Numbered from the stretch's first letter, positions 6,630 through 14,325 are shown. The stretch is 32,000 nucleotides of DNA from Gemmata obscuriglobus (GCF_008065095.1 NZ_CP042911.1:7350001-7382000); one strand, 5' to 3'. Translations and numbers: made by a program. Notes: generated by a model not told the origin, from the letters alone.

Positions 6630-6719
6630 GCCGAACCCGGCGCGACACCTGACCCGCCGGCTGAATTATGACGCACCGCGGATCGGGACGGCGCGGCGCC
6701 GGTGGGCCGTATGCTCGGC
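6630..6719 (+). repeat. attC-like repeat 12 (90 bp)
   Basis: GCCGAAC (6630-6636) ... GCTCGGC (6713-6719). The 5' half is canonical and the 3' half has diverged. Confidence 0.6.
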
Positions 6720-6763
6720 GGCGGAGGGGCGAGGGTGGACGAGGCACAGACGGGCGAGGCGGC

Positions 6764-7177
6764 ATGACTCCGAAGGCGATCGAGACGTTCAGCACGTTCG
6801 GGGTTGGCGTGCTGTGTGCCGTCCTGGGCATCATCGCGCTGGCCGTGTTCTTCACGGCCCTGAACTGGCTTAACACCCGTGGGGCCAAGCCGGAGGCGAT
6901 TGCCGTCCGCGGGGTGTTGAAGAAGGACACCTGGGCCGCCGTCCACATGCAGGGCGGGGAGACGTTCGAGCGGGTCCGGTTTGTCGGGTTCACAAGCACC
7001 GAGAGCTTCAAGACGCTCTTACCCATGGACCTCAGCGGCATGGTCATCCTGGAGGACGCACTCGGGCGGCGGTTCCTGGTCCGGGCCAGAGCGATTCGCA
7101 TGATCGTCATCGCCCCGGCGGCCGCCGGGGGCGCCCCAAGCGCCAAACCCGGCGCTGTACTTGACGCCACCGGCTGA
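6764..7177 (+). CDS. Cassette 12: N-terminally membrane-anchored hypothetical protein (~137 aa)
   Basis: ATG at 6764 follows GAGGCGGC. The TM segment is FGVGVLCAVLGIIALAVFFTAL. It ends inside repeat 13 in the shared frame (SAKPGAVLDATG). Confidence 0.55.
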   Translation: MTPKAIETFSTFGVGVLCAVLGIIALAVFFTALNWLNTRGAKPEAIAVRGVLKKDTWAAVHMQGGETFERVRFVGFTSTESFKTLLPMDLSGMVILEDALGRRFLVRARAIRMIVIAPAAAGGAPSAKPGAVLDATG

Positions 7178-7217
7178 CTCGGGACGCACCGCTCATCGTG
7201 TGAGGGCGGCGTTGGAG
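7142..7217 (+). repeat. attC-like repeat 13 (last copy, degenerate and shortened)
   Basis: GCCAAACCCGGCGCTGTACTTGACGCCACCGGCTGA plus GGGACGCACCGCTCATCG are recognisable. The R' core is reduced to GTTGGAG (7211-7217). Confidence 0.4.
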
Positions 7218-7232
7218 GTCACGGAGGTGCCG

Positions 7233-7709
7233 ATGTTTCGAAGTCTCGGGCGGTGGCTGTGGTTCTTTGCCCTCGCGTGTGGCACCGTTGGGGTGTACGG
7301 GCTGGCGGACCTCGGCACCGCGGAGCCGGCTGGTAAGCTGCTGCTGGTCGGGCCGCACGCGGCGGGCGTCGCGGTGGCCGCCGGTGTCGGCCGTCGGCGG
7401 GCGGCGGCCGGGTTGGTCGCGGTCGCGGGCTCCGCGACAATGGCGGGCTTGTCCTGGGTAGATGCTCTGGACCGGCAAGCCGAGGGGTTCGAGTGGCGGT
7501 TCAACAACGCCCTGTCCGGAGCCACGTTCTGCGTGGCCAACTGGTTCGTGCTGGCGGTCGTCGGGTGTGTGGCGCTGGTCCTGTCCGACACGGCCGCGGC
7601 GCCCGCGACGCCGTTAGGAGCGGGGCCGGGCGAGGAAGGAGCGGCCTCATGTACGAGCGATACGATGATGTGCCGTGGTATCGCAAGTCGCCACACGTCA
7701 GCCTCATGA
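7233..7709 (+). CDS. Membrane protein after the last repeat (~158 aa), hypothetical
   Basis: ATG at 7233 follows ACGGAGGTGCCG. It has multiple hydrophobic segments. Its 3' end overlaps the next ORF by 61 nt, so the true stop or frame is uncertain. Confidence 0.45.
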   Translation: MFRSLGRWLWFFALACGTVGVYGLADLGTAEPAGKLLLVGPHAAGVAVAAGVGRRRAAAGLVAVAGSATMAGLSWVDALDRQAEGFEWRFNNALSGATFCVANWFVLAVVGCVALVLSDTAAAPATPLGAGPGEEGAASCTSDTMMCRGIASRHTSAS

Positions 7710-7930
7710 CGCTCGGCGGCATTTTCTTCGGCTTCGCGCTCGTGGCCGTTTGCATCCTCGTCTTGACCGGCAACGTGTACTCCAGGAAGCGAGACGCGAA
7801 CGGCAAATTGAAGGTGTGGGGAATCGGGAACAAGGTTGCGGCGGTCATCCTCCTCGTGTTGTACTGCGTGCTGCTCGCTCGTCAGTTCGGAGCATTCGGC
7901 GATCCGGTGCCAGCGGCGCCCGAGGGGTGA
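7649..7930 (+). CDS. Small two-TM membrane protein (93 aa), hypothetical
   Basis: A strong RBS GAGGAAGGAG lies 8 nt upstream of the ATG at 7649. The sequence reads MYERYDDVPWYRKSPHVSLMTLGGIFFGFALVAVCILVL ... VAAVILLVLYCVLLA. Confidence 0.6.
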   Translation: MYERYDDVPWYRKSPHVSLMTLGGIFFGFALVAVCILVLTGNVYSRKRDANGKLKVWGIGNKVAAVILLVLYCVLLARQFGAFGDPVPAAPEG

Positions 7931-8229
7931 CCGCCTTCGAGCGGTCGGCGAAGTTGGCGTGTACTGGCACGCGCTGCCTCAAAGCGGCCCGCGTGTGTCC
8001 CATCGCGAGCGGTCGTAACTACTACCGTGGGCGCCTATGGCGGCCGATTCCGGAAGGTCCCAGGGCAACGGCCTGACGCAAGCGGACGCTTGACAATCCC
8101 GGGAGCGGGCTCGCGTTGCGAGTCTGGCTGACGGCGGTCGATTCGGTATCAAGGACGGCAAGGCCGCTGTCGTCGGTGCCGGGCTCCGACCCGGCGGGCG
8201 GCCGGTGCGGCCGGGTGAGGACGCACTGA

Positions 8230-9633
8230 ATGCCCCACGTTGTTGTCGTCGGTGGGGGGCTGTCCGGCCTTACGGTCGCCCTCCGGCTGAAGCAGTTCTC
8301 CCCCGGCACGGCGGTGACCGTGCTGGAACCGCGGGACCGGCCGGGCGGGAACATTCACACCGAGTCGGACCGCGGGTTCCGCGTCGAGCACGGCCCGAAC
8401 GGCTACCTCGACCGCACGCCCGCCCTCCCCAACCTCGTGCGCGATCTGGGATTGGCGGACCAAGAGATCGCGGCCAGCGACGGCAGCCGCAAGAACCGCT
8501 ACGTCTTCCTCCGCAACAAGTTGCGCAAGCTGCCGGGCGGCCCGCTCGGGCTCCTCACCACGTCCCTCCTGTCCCTCCGCGGCAAATGGCAGCTCCTGGC
8601 CGAACCGTGGCGCAAAACGCCGCCGCCGAAACACGAGGAGACGATTCAGGAGTTCGTCACGCGGCGCGCCGGTTCGGAAGCGGCAAACGTGTTCGCCGAC
8701 GCGCTCGTGACCGGCATTCACGGCGGCGATCCGGCCATGCTCAGCGTGTCCGCCGCGTTTCCCCGGTTGCCGGTCATGGAGCGCGACGCCGGCAGCATCG
8801 TCCGCGGCTTCATGCGCGCCGCCAAGAAGCGGAAAGAGGACGCGAAAGCCAACAACCAGCCGCCGCCCGGCCCGATGCGGATGTGGTCGTTCCGCGACGG
8901 GTTGCAGGTGCTGGTGGACGCCCTGGCCGCACAGGTCGGCGGCGGGTTGCATTGCGGCACCCGGGTCGAAGCGGTGTCCGAGGCGGCGGGCGTGGCGCCG
9001 TGGACCGTTCACGGGCAGTCGGGGTACACGTGGTCCGCGGACGCGGTGGTGCTGGCGTGCCCGTCCTACGAGCAGGCCGGGATCGTGTCGGACATCAGCC
9101 CCGAACTGAGCGCGGAAATGGCGGCGATCCCGTACAACCGGATCGCGGTGGTGGCGCTGGGCTACCGGGCGGAGCACTGCCCCGGGAAGCACGACGGGTT
9201 CGGGTACATCGCCCCGCAGAACACCCGGCGCGATTTGCTGGGCGTGCAGTGGTGCTCGTCGATCTTCCCGGACCGCGCCCCGCAGGGGTTCGTGCTGTGG
9301 CGGGCGCTGTGCGGCGGCGTTCACCGGGCGGAGCAGATCGACTGGCCGGACGAGCAACTGGTAAAGGCGGTCCACGCGGAAATCACGCTGGCGATGGGCG
9401 TGACCGGCGCGCCCGTGTTCAAGAAGGTCGTGCGCTGGCCCAACGCAATCCCGCAGTACGTGCTGGGGCACCTCGACCGCGTCGCGCGGATCGACGAGTT
9501 GGCGTCGCGCCACCCGGGGCTGTTCCTGACGGGCAACTCGTACCGCGGGGTCGCGATGGCCGACTGCGTGGAACAGGGCGAGGCGGTCGCGGCGAAGGTC
9601 GCGCTGCACCTCCAGCAGGCCAAGCCGAGGTGA
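8230..9633 (+). CDS. hemY: Protoporphyrinogen/coproporphyrinogen III oxidase (HemY-type, FAD-dependent)
   Basis: N-terminal VVVVGGGLSGL dinucleotide-binding motif. It is 467 aa long with typical PPOX blocks (GGNI.T...GF..E.GPN ... FLTGNSYRGVAMADCV). Confidence 0.85.
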   Translation: MPHVVVVGGGLSGLTVALRLKQFSPGTAVTVLEPRDRPGGNIHTESDRGFRVEHGPNGYLDRTPALPNLVRDLGLADQEIAASDGSRKNRYVFLRNKLRKLPGGPLGLLTTSLLSLRGKWQLLAEPWRKTPPPKHEETIQEFVTRRAGSEAANVFADALVTGIHGGDPAMLSVSAAFPRLPVMERDAGSIVRGFMRAAKKRKEDAKANNQPPPGPMRMWSFRDGLQVLVDALAAQVGGGLHCGTRVEAVSEAAGVAPWTVHGQSGYTWSADAVVLACPSYEQAGIVSDISPELSAEMAAIPYNRIAVVALGYRAEHCPGKHDGFGYIAPQNTRRDLLGVQWCSSIFPDRAPQGFVLWRALCGGVHRAEQIDWPDEQLVKAVHAEITLAMGVTGAPVFKKVVRWPNAIPQYVLGHLDRVARIDELASRHPGLFLTGNSYRGVAMADCVEQGEAVAAKVALHLQQAKPR

Positions 9634-9636
9634 GCC

Positions 9637-10359
9637 GTGATCTTGCGCAAGCGCTGGGAACAGGGGCACAGCGCCGGTGAGATGATGCGCTCGGCGCTGC
9701 ACTGGGCCAAAAACCCGGAGCGCAAAGCGCGACTCTACCGCGCGGCCTTGGTGCGCGAGGTGTGGGACGAGTTGCCGTGGCTCAGCCAAGTGCTGACCGA
9801 ACTCGCCGAGCGCCAGGCCGACGGTGAAGACGTGGAGGCGCAACTGGCCTGCCCACTGGAGTACCTCGCGGAAGGCGTTTATTTCAGTGCGCTCGGCGAC
9901 GGAATAACGAAGCACTTTCCGAACAAGTTGTTTGAAGACTACGAGCGTTACTTGATCGACGCAGGCTATTCCAAGCCGTCCGACGCGAACGATGCCGCCG
10001 CGCGCCTCACCCCTGAACGCCTTGAGGCTATCACTTGGCTGGCTTACAGCCAGCACTTCGCATGGCCCTGCCCCCGCGACTGGAGCGCGGGCCGGGGACA
10101 AGATTCCACCCCCATTCTCCGCGACATCTTCGGCAACCCGTTCCGCCCGGTCACGTTCTCACCCGCCTGGCGCACCGGCACTACTATCGCTCTTGCGGCG
10201 CAGATGTACGAGTCGCGTGACTTCGGCGCGATGCCGATTCTGGCCGACGCGCTCCAAGATGCGGGCTGCGACTCGGACGACATCCTGAGCCACTGCCGCG
10301 GTGAGGGACCGCACGCGCGCGGGTGTTGGGTGGTCGATCTGGTGCTGGGCAAAGGGTAA
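9637..10359 (+). CDS. Conserved hypothetical protein with a C-terminal LADALQDAGC....L.HCRG.GPH.RGCWVVDL motif
   Basis: It starts 3 nt after the hemY stop. From memory, the C-terminal motif recurs in many Gemmata and myxobacterial paralogous hypothetical proteins. Confidence 0.65.
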   Translation: MILRKRWEQGHSAGEMMRSALHWAKNPERKARLYRAALVREVWDELPWLSQVLTELAERQADGEDVEAQLACPLEYLAEGVYFSALGDGITKHFPNKLFEDYERYLIDAGYSKPSDANDAAARLTPERLEAITWLAYSQHFAWPCPRDWSAGRGQDSTPILRDIFGNPFRPVTFSPAWRTGTTIALAAQMYESRDFGAMPILADALQDAGCDSDDILSHCRGEGPHARGCWVVDLVLGKG

Positions 10360-10363
10360 CTGA

Positions 10364-10786
10364 TCAAACGGCCCAGTCTTCCCACGACAGGCCGGGAACA
10401 CGGGCAAAGTCGCGTGCGTTGTTGGTAACAACCGTCGCGCCGACCTCAAGCGCAACGGCTGCCATCTTCAGGTCCATCTTACCAACGTTCAGCTTCAGCT
10501 TGACGAGTCGATCGAAGCGATCGAGCGCGGCCTCGGTCGTCGGGAGCACGGCGAACCGAGCGAGCAACCCCATCGCATCCGCGAGCGCCTGGGCCGCTTG
10601 CCCTTCCTGGGTAGTCGTCTTGGCTCGGCGGAGAAGCGCGAACCACCCACCAACCACCTCCTCCACGTTCACGGTGGTCACCCCAAGGGTATCGGTCGCG
10701 TGTGCGACGACCGCGGCCGTAACCCGGGTGTGCCGCCGCTGGAGCAAGGTCAGGGTGGTGGTGTCGAGCAAGTAAAGCGCCATCAC
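10364..10786 (-). CDS. vapC: PIN-domain ribonuclease toxin (VapC-like)
   Basis: LLDTTTL (N-terminal acidic residue), internal E/D positions, and VVTNNARDF near the C-terminus. The protein is ~139 aa. Its start overlaps the upstream small ORF's stop (GTGATG). Confidence 0.8.
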   Translation of the reverse strand: MMALYLLDTTTLTLLQRRHTRVTAAVVAHATDTLGVTTVNVEEVVGGWFALLRRAKTTTQEGQAAQALADAMGLLARFAVLPTTEAALDRFDRLVKLKLNVGKMDLKMAAVALEVGATVVTNNARDFARVPGLSWEDWAV

Positions 10787-11073
10787 CCGGCGGCCGGCAC
10801 GGTGTTGTTCTGCCGCCGATACTCCTCAACCTCGCGCGCCCAGTCCTCGAACAGCGGGCTCTCGCCCACCTTCCGCGCGGCGTCGACAACCGCGGTTGCG
10901 TCCGTAACCGTCACCGCGCGGACTTGCCCGCTGTGGAGCCGCGCGGCGATCAGCGAGCGAAGCGCGTCCACAGCCTCGTCTGGTGTGGAACCGTCGGCGG
11001 TGAGATCAAACGGACTGCCCGCCGACGCGCGAAACCCGACCTGTTGCGGCGACACGAGTACGGGAAGTTCCAT
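10783..11073 (-). CDS. Putative cognate antitoxin (96 aa)
   Basis: It lies directly upstream of vapC and is translationally coupled to it (stop/start overlap). It is small and acidic. The family was not recognised from sequence alone. Confidence 0.6.
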   Translation of the reverse strand: MELPVLVSPQQVGFRASAGSPFDLTADGSTPDEAVDALRSLIAARLHSGQVRAVTVTDATAVVDAARKVGESPLFEDWAREVEEYRRQNNTVPAAG

Positions 11074-11255
11074 ATGCCCCCTCCCTTAAATCCTTTATGC
11101 GCTCAAGATAACACGAAACGCCGGCCGTCCACAGCTCGATCGAATCAGTTCCCGTCGCTAACGCCCCACTGAAACGCCAGCGCATCAACTCGACCCAACA
11201 CGGGTTCGAGCGGGCACACCGCGGCACCCACTCCATGCGTGCGCCGTTCGTTTAG

Positions 11256-11275
11256 CCTGGAACTTGGAACTACTG
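11256..11275 (+). promoter_or_regulatory. Exact 20-nt motif CCTGGAACTTGGAACTACTG (copy 1), upstream of the DinB-family gene
   Basis: It is identical to 24813-24832. It contains the tandem direct repeat TGGAACT-TGGAACT and lies 131 nt upstream of the ATG at 11407. Confidence 0.4.
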
Positions 11276-11406
11276 CAATCAAGTACGCAACTGGTGCCCC
11301 CCCGGGCGCGCGAACGCACCGTCCGCAGACGGCTCGGGTGCGAACCTCGCACGGTTTCCCGGGCTCCTGAAAATTGGCCCCGAAACTCGGACCCACTGGG
11401 AACGTC

Positions 11407-11877
11407 ATGGACCGGAACCTCATCGACCAGTACGAGCACGCCCCCGCCCGGCTCCGCGCCGCCGTCGCGGGTCTCACGCACGCGGAGCTGACCGCCCGCC
11501 CCGGCCCCGGGAAGTGGTCCGTTCTGGAGGTGGTCGTTCACATCGCCGACAGCGACGCCATCAGCATCGACCGGATGAAGCGCATCCTCACCGAGGACAA
11601 CCCGCCGCTGCTCTACGCCAACGAGACCGCCTACGTCGATCAGTTGTTCACGCACGACCAGAGCCTCGAAGACGCCCTCACCCTGCTCGAAGTGGGCCGC
11701 CGGCAGTGGGCACGGGTGCTGCGCCGGCTCCCGGACGCGGCGTTCGCCCGCACCGGCCAGCACAACCGCCGCGGCACCGTTTCGCTCGGCCAGCTCGTGG
11801 GTGATTACATTAACCACATCGACGAACACCTCGTGTTCGTTCACGGCAAGCGGGCCGCCCTCGGCAAGCCACAGTAA
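11407..11877 (+). CDS. DinB-family (DinB_2/YfiT-like) metal-dependent protein
   Basis: WSVLEVVVHIADSD ... DYINHIDEHL shows the His triad spacing typical of the DinB four-helix bundle. ATG at 11407 is preferred over the track start. Confidence 0.75.
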   Translation: MDRNLIDQYEHAPARLRAAVAGLTHAELTARPGPGKWSVLEVVVHIADSDAISIDRMKRILTEDNPPLLYANETAYVDQLFTHDQSLEDALTLLEVGRRQWARVLRRLPDAAFARTGQHNRRGTVSLGQLVGDYINHIDEHLVFVHGKRAALGKPQ

Positions 11878-11904
11878 CGGAACGCCACCACACCCGGGGC
11901 ACTC

Positions 11905-13854
11905 ATGCGCACGCGACTCGCGCTCCTCGTTCTCGCACTGGCCCCGGGCGCGGCCCGGGCCGACGGGCTCGAACCGCTGAAGTACAACCACCCCGGCCTC
12001 GTGACGGACCTCGGCGTCGGGCTGTGGGCGTGGCCGGTGCCGTGCGACGCCGACGGGGACGGCGACTACGACCTCATCGTGTCGTGCCCCGACAAGCCGT
12101 CCAACGGCGTCTGGCTGTTCGAGAACGTCACCGGCGACACCGCGAAGAACAAGTTCCCCGTGTTCAAGCCCGCACGCAAGCTGAGCCCCGCCGCCCACTA
12201 CGTCATGCCCAGCTACGCCGGCGGCGGGGTCCGCGTCCTGACGCCCGGCACCGAGCACCCCAACTTCATCACCAAGGGGCTCGCCGAGAAGCGCCCGCTG
12301 CCGGTGGCGAAGAACTTCTACAAGCCAGAAGGGAAGCAGACCAAAGGCCCCAAGGTGCGCCACAACCAGTGGCGCTACGCCGACTACGACGGCGACGGGA
12401 AGCTCGACCTCGTCGTTGGCATTGAGGACTGGAGCTTTTACGGGTGGGACGACGCGTACAGCGCCCGCGGCGAGTGGCAGAACGGCCCGCTGCACGGGTT
12501 CGTGTTCGTGTTCCTCGCCCAGGACGGCAAGGTCGCGGAGCCGTTCCGCGTCGAGGCCGGCGGGAAGGTGCTGGACACGTTCGGGTGCCCGTCGCCCAAC
12601 TTCGCGGACTTCGACGGGGACGGCGACTTGGACCTGCTGTGCGGCGAGTTCCTGGACGGGTTCACCTACTTCGAGAACGTCGGCACGCGCACCAAGCCCA
12701 AGTACGCCGCGGGCAAGCGGCTGAAGGACGCGAAGGGCGCCCCGCTGACGATGGACCTCCAGATGATCGTGCCGATCGCCTTCGACTGGGACCGCGACGG
12801 CGACCTGGACCTGATCGTCGGCGACGAGGACGGCCGCGTCGCGCTGATCGAGAACACCGGGAAACTCGCCGACGACCGCACCCCGGTATTCGCCGCGCCG
12901 GTGTACTTCCGGCAGGAAGCCGACGCGCTGAAGTGCGGCGCGCTCGCCACGCCGGTCACGTTCGACTGGGACGGCGACGGCGACCTCGACATCCTGAGCG
13001 GCAACACGGCGGGGTACATCGAGTTCTTCGAGAACCTGAGCGGGCCGGGAGCCGCAGAACCCAAATGGGCCGCGCCGAAGCGCCTCGAGGTGGGCGGCAA
13101 GCCGTTCCGGATCACGGCCGGCCCGAACGGGAGCATCCAGGGGCCGGCGGAGGCGAAGTGGGGTTACACCACGTTCAGCGTCGCCGACTGGGACGCCGAC
13201 GGACTGCCCGACATCGTTCTCAACAGCATCCTCGGCGAAGTCGTGTGGCTGAAGAACGTCGGCACGCTCAAGCAGCCCAAGTTGAGCGCCCCGCAGCCGG
13301 TCGAAGTCGAGTGGGCGAAGGACAAGCCGCAACCCGCACTCGCGTGGGGCTGGCGCAAGCCGCAGGGCAATGCCCTCCTGACGCAGTGGCGCACAACACC
13401 CGTGGCGCACGACTTCAACCGCGACGGCCTCCCCGACCTCGCGGTACTCGACACCGAGGGCTATCTGGCGTTCTTCGAGCGGGCGAAGCGCGACGGCAAA
13501 CTGGTGCTGCTCCCGCCGCGGCGCGCGTTCGTGTCCGAGGACGGCGCCCCGTTGCGCCTGAACCCGAACACGGCCGGTAAAAGCGGACGCCGCAAGCTGT
13601 GCGTGACCGACTGGGACGGCGACGGCAAGTTCGACCTGCTCCTCAACTCCGCCAACGCCGACCTGTTTCAACAGGTCGGCGAGAAGAACGGCACCTGGGT
13701 GTTCAAGAACGCCGGCGCGCTGGCGCAGCGGAACATTGAAGGGCACGACGTCAGCCCGGCCGTCGCCGACTTCGGCGCGGACGGCGTGCCCGACTTCCTG
13801 GGGGGAGCCGAGGATGGTCGGTTCTACTTCCTGCGCAACCCGCGTGCGAAATGA
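11905..13854 (+). CDS. Secreted FG-GAP/VCBS-repeat beta-propeller protein
   Basis: The signal peptide is MRTRLALLVLALAPGAARA. There are at least 9 repeats of D.DGDG..D..(V/L)G type (DADGDGDYDLIV, DYDGDGKLDLVVG, DFDGDGDLDLLCG, DWDRDGDLDLIVGDEDGRV, DWDGDGDLDILSG ...). Confidence 0.85.
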   Translation: MRTRLALLVLALAPGAARADGLEPLKYNHPGLVTDLGVGLWAWPVPCDADGDGDYDLIVSCPDKPSNGVWLFENVTGDTAKNKFPVFKPARKLSPAAHYVMPSYAGGGVRVLTPGTEHPNFITKGLAEKRPLPVAKNFYKPEGKQTKGPKVRHNQWRYADYDGDGKLDLVVGIEDWSFYGWDDAYSARGEWQNGPLHGFVFVFLAQDGKVAEPFRVEAGGKVLDTFGCPSPNFADFDGDGDLDLLCGEFLDGFTYFENVGTRTKPKYAAGKRLKDAKGAPLTMDLQMIVPIAFDWDRDGDLDLIVGDEDGRVALIENTGKLADDRTPVFAAPVYFRQEADALKCGALATPVTFDWDGDGDLDILSGNTAGYIEFFENLSGPGAAEPKWAAPKRLEVGGKPFRITAGPNGSIQGPAEAKWGYTTFSVADWDADGLPDIVLNSILGEVVWLKNVGTLKQPKLSAPQPVEVEWAKDKPQPALAWGWRKPQGNALLTQWRTTPVAHDFNRDGLPDLAVLDTEGYLAFFERAKRDGKLVLLPPRRAFVSEDGAPLRLNPNTAGKSGRRKLCVTDWDGDGKFDLLLNSANADLFQQVGEKNGTWVFKNAGALAQRNIEGHDVSPAVADFGADGVPDFLGGAEDGRFYFLRNPRAK

Positions 13855-13887
13855 GCGATCGGCCGTACAGAGCAGCCCATGTGCCTC

Positions 13888-14325
13888 TCATATCGAACCC
13901 GAATCGCTCCTCAGTGCCCCCGAGCGAGAAACGTCTCGGAGCACTTTGCCCACGGAGATGAGACAACCGAACGCCAACAGGAGGTAGTTGCGGCGGTTGT
14001 CGGAGAACGTGGTGGAGAAGGCCAACGACGTGTAACCGGTATCGGCCCCACTGGTCCCCTTGTACTCGGTCACGACGGTGCGGGTGGCGCTCGTTTGCGT
14101 GGCGGAGAAACGGTAACGTTCCCCTTTGTTGCCCACGCCAGTTCCTTCAAACCGCCCGTTCGGCTGCGGGTCGAGCGTCAGCTCCCGGAGTTCGAACCGA
14201 CTCCGCAGGTGGGCCTCCAGTTCCGCAGCGGAAAGCGAACGGTCCGAGCCGTTGGCGCGCAACCACTCGCCAGCGGCGATCAGGGACGCCTGCACGACCA
14301 CCGGGGGCAGCAGCTTGCGGAACAT
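13888..14325 (-). CDS. Hypothetical membrane-associated protein (145 aa)
   Basis: RBS GAAGAGGGGG lies upstream of the ATG. It has hydrophobic N- and C-terminal segments. It is co-directional with the two LRR genes upstream of it. Confidence 0.5.
   Translation of the reverse strand: MFRKLLPPVVVQASLIAAGEWLRANGSDRSLSAAELEAHLRSRFELRELTLDPQPNGRFEGTGVGNKGERYRFSATQTSATRTVVTEYKGTSGADTGYTSLAFSTTFSDNRRNYLLLAFGCLISVGKVLRDVSRSGALRSDSGSI

Larger units (their letters stand above)
1..7217 (+). mobile_element. Integron-type gene-cassette array: attC-like repeats alternating with single small ORFs. The left end is cut by the window and no integrase or attI is in the window.
   Basis: There are 13 clear copies plus 1-2 degenerate copies of a ~76-109 bp repeat. 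Each is bounded by reverse-complementary 7-mers GCCGAAC...GTTCGGC (compare attC R''=RYYYAAC, R'=GTTRRRY). G|TT to G|TT spacings are 414, 406, 620, 360, 1051, 576, 623, 605, 559, 573, 651 and 498 bp. Every interval holds one + strand ORF starting 10-45 nt after the repeat. Confidence 0.7.

Noticed and set aside
195-7217. Regularly spaced repeats could suggest a CRISPR array
   Set aside because: The repeats are ~90 bp and internally variable. The intervals are 300-960 bp, variable in length, and each contains a complete ORF with an RBS. No cas genes are present.
8090-8095. TTGACA upstream of hemY as a -35 box
   Set aside because: No acceptable -10 hexamer lies at 16-19 nt spacing. The downstream sequence is GCGTTG.
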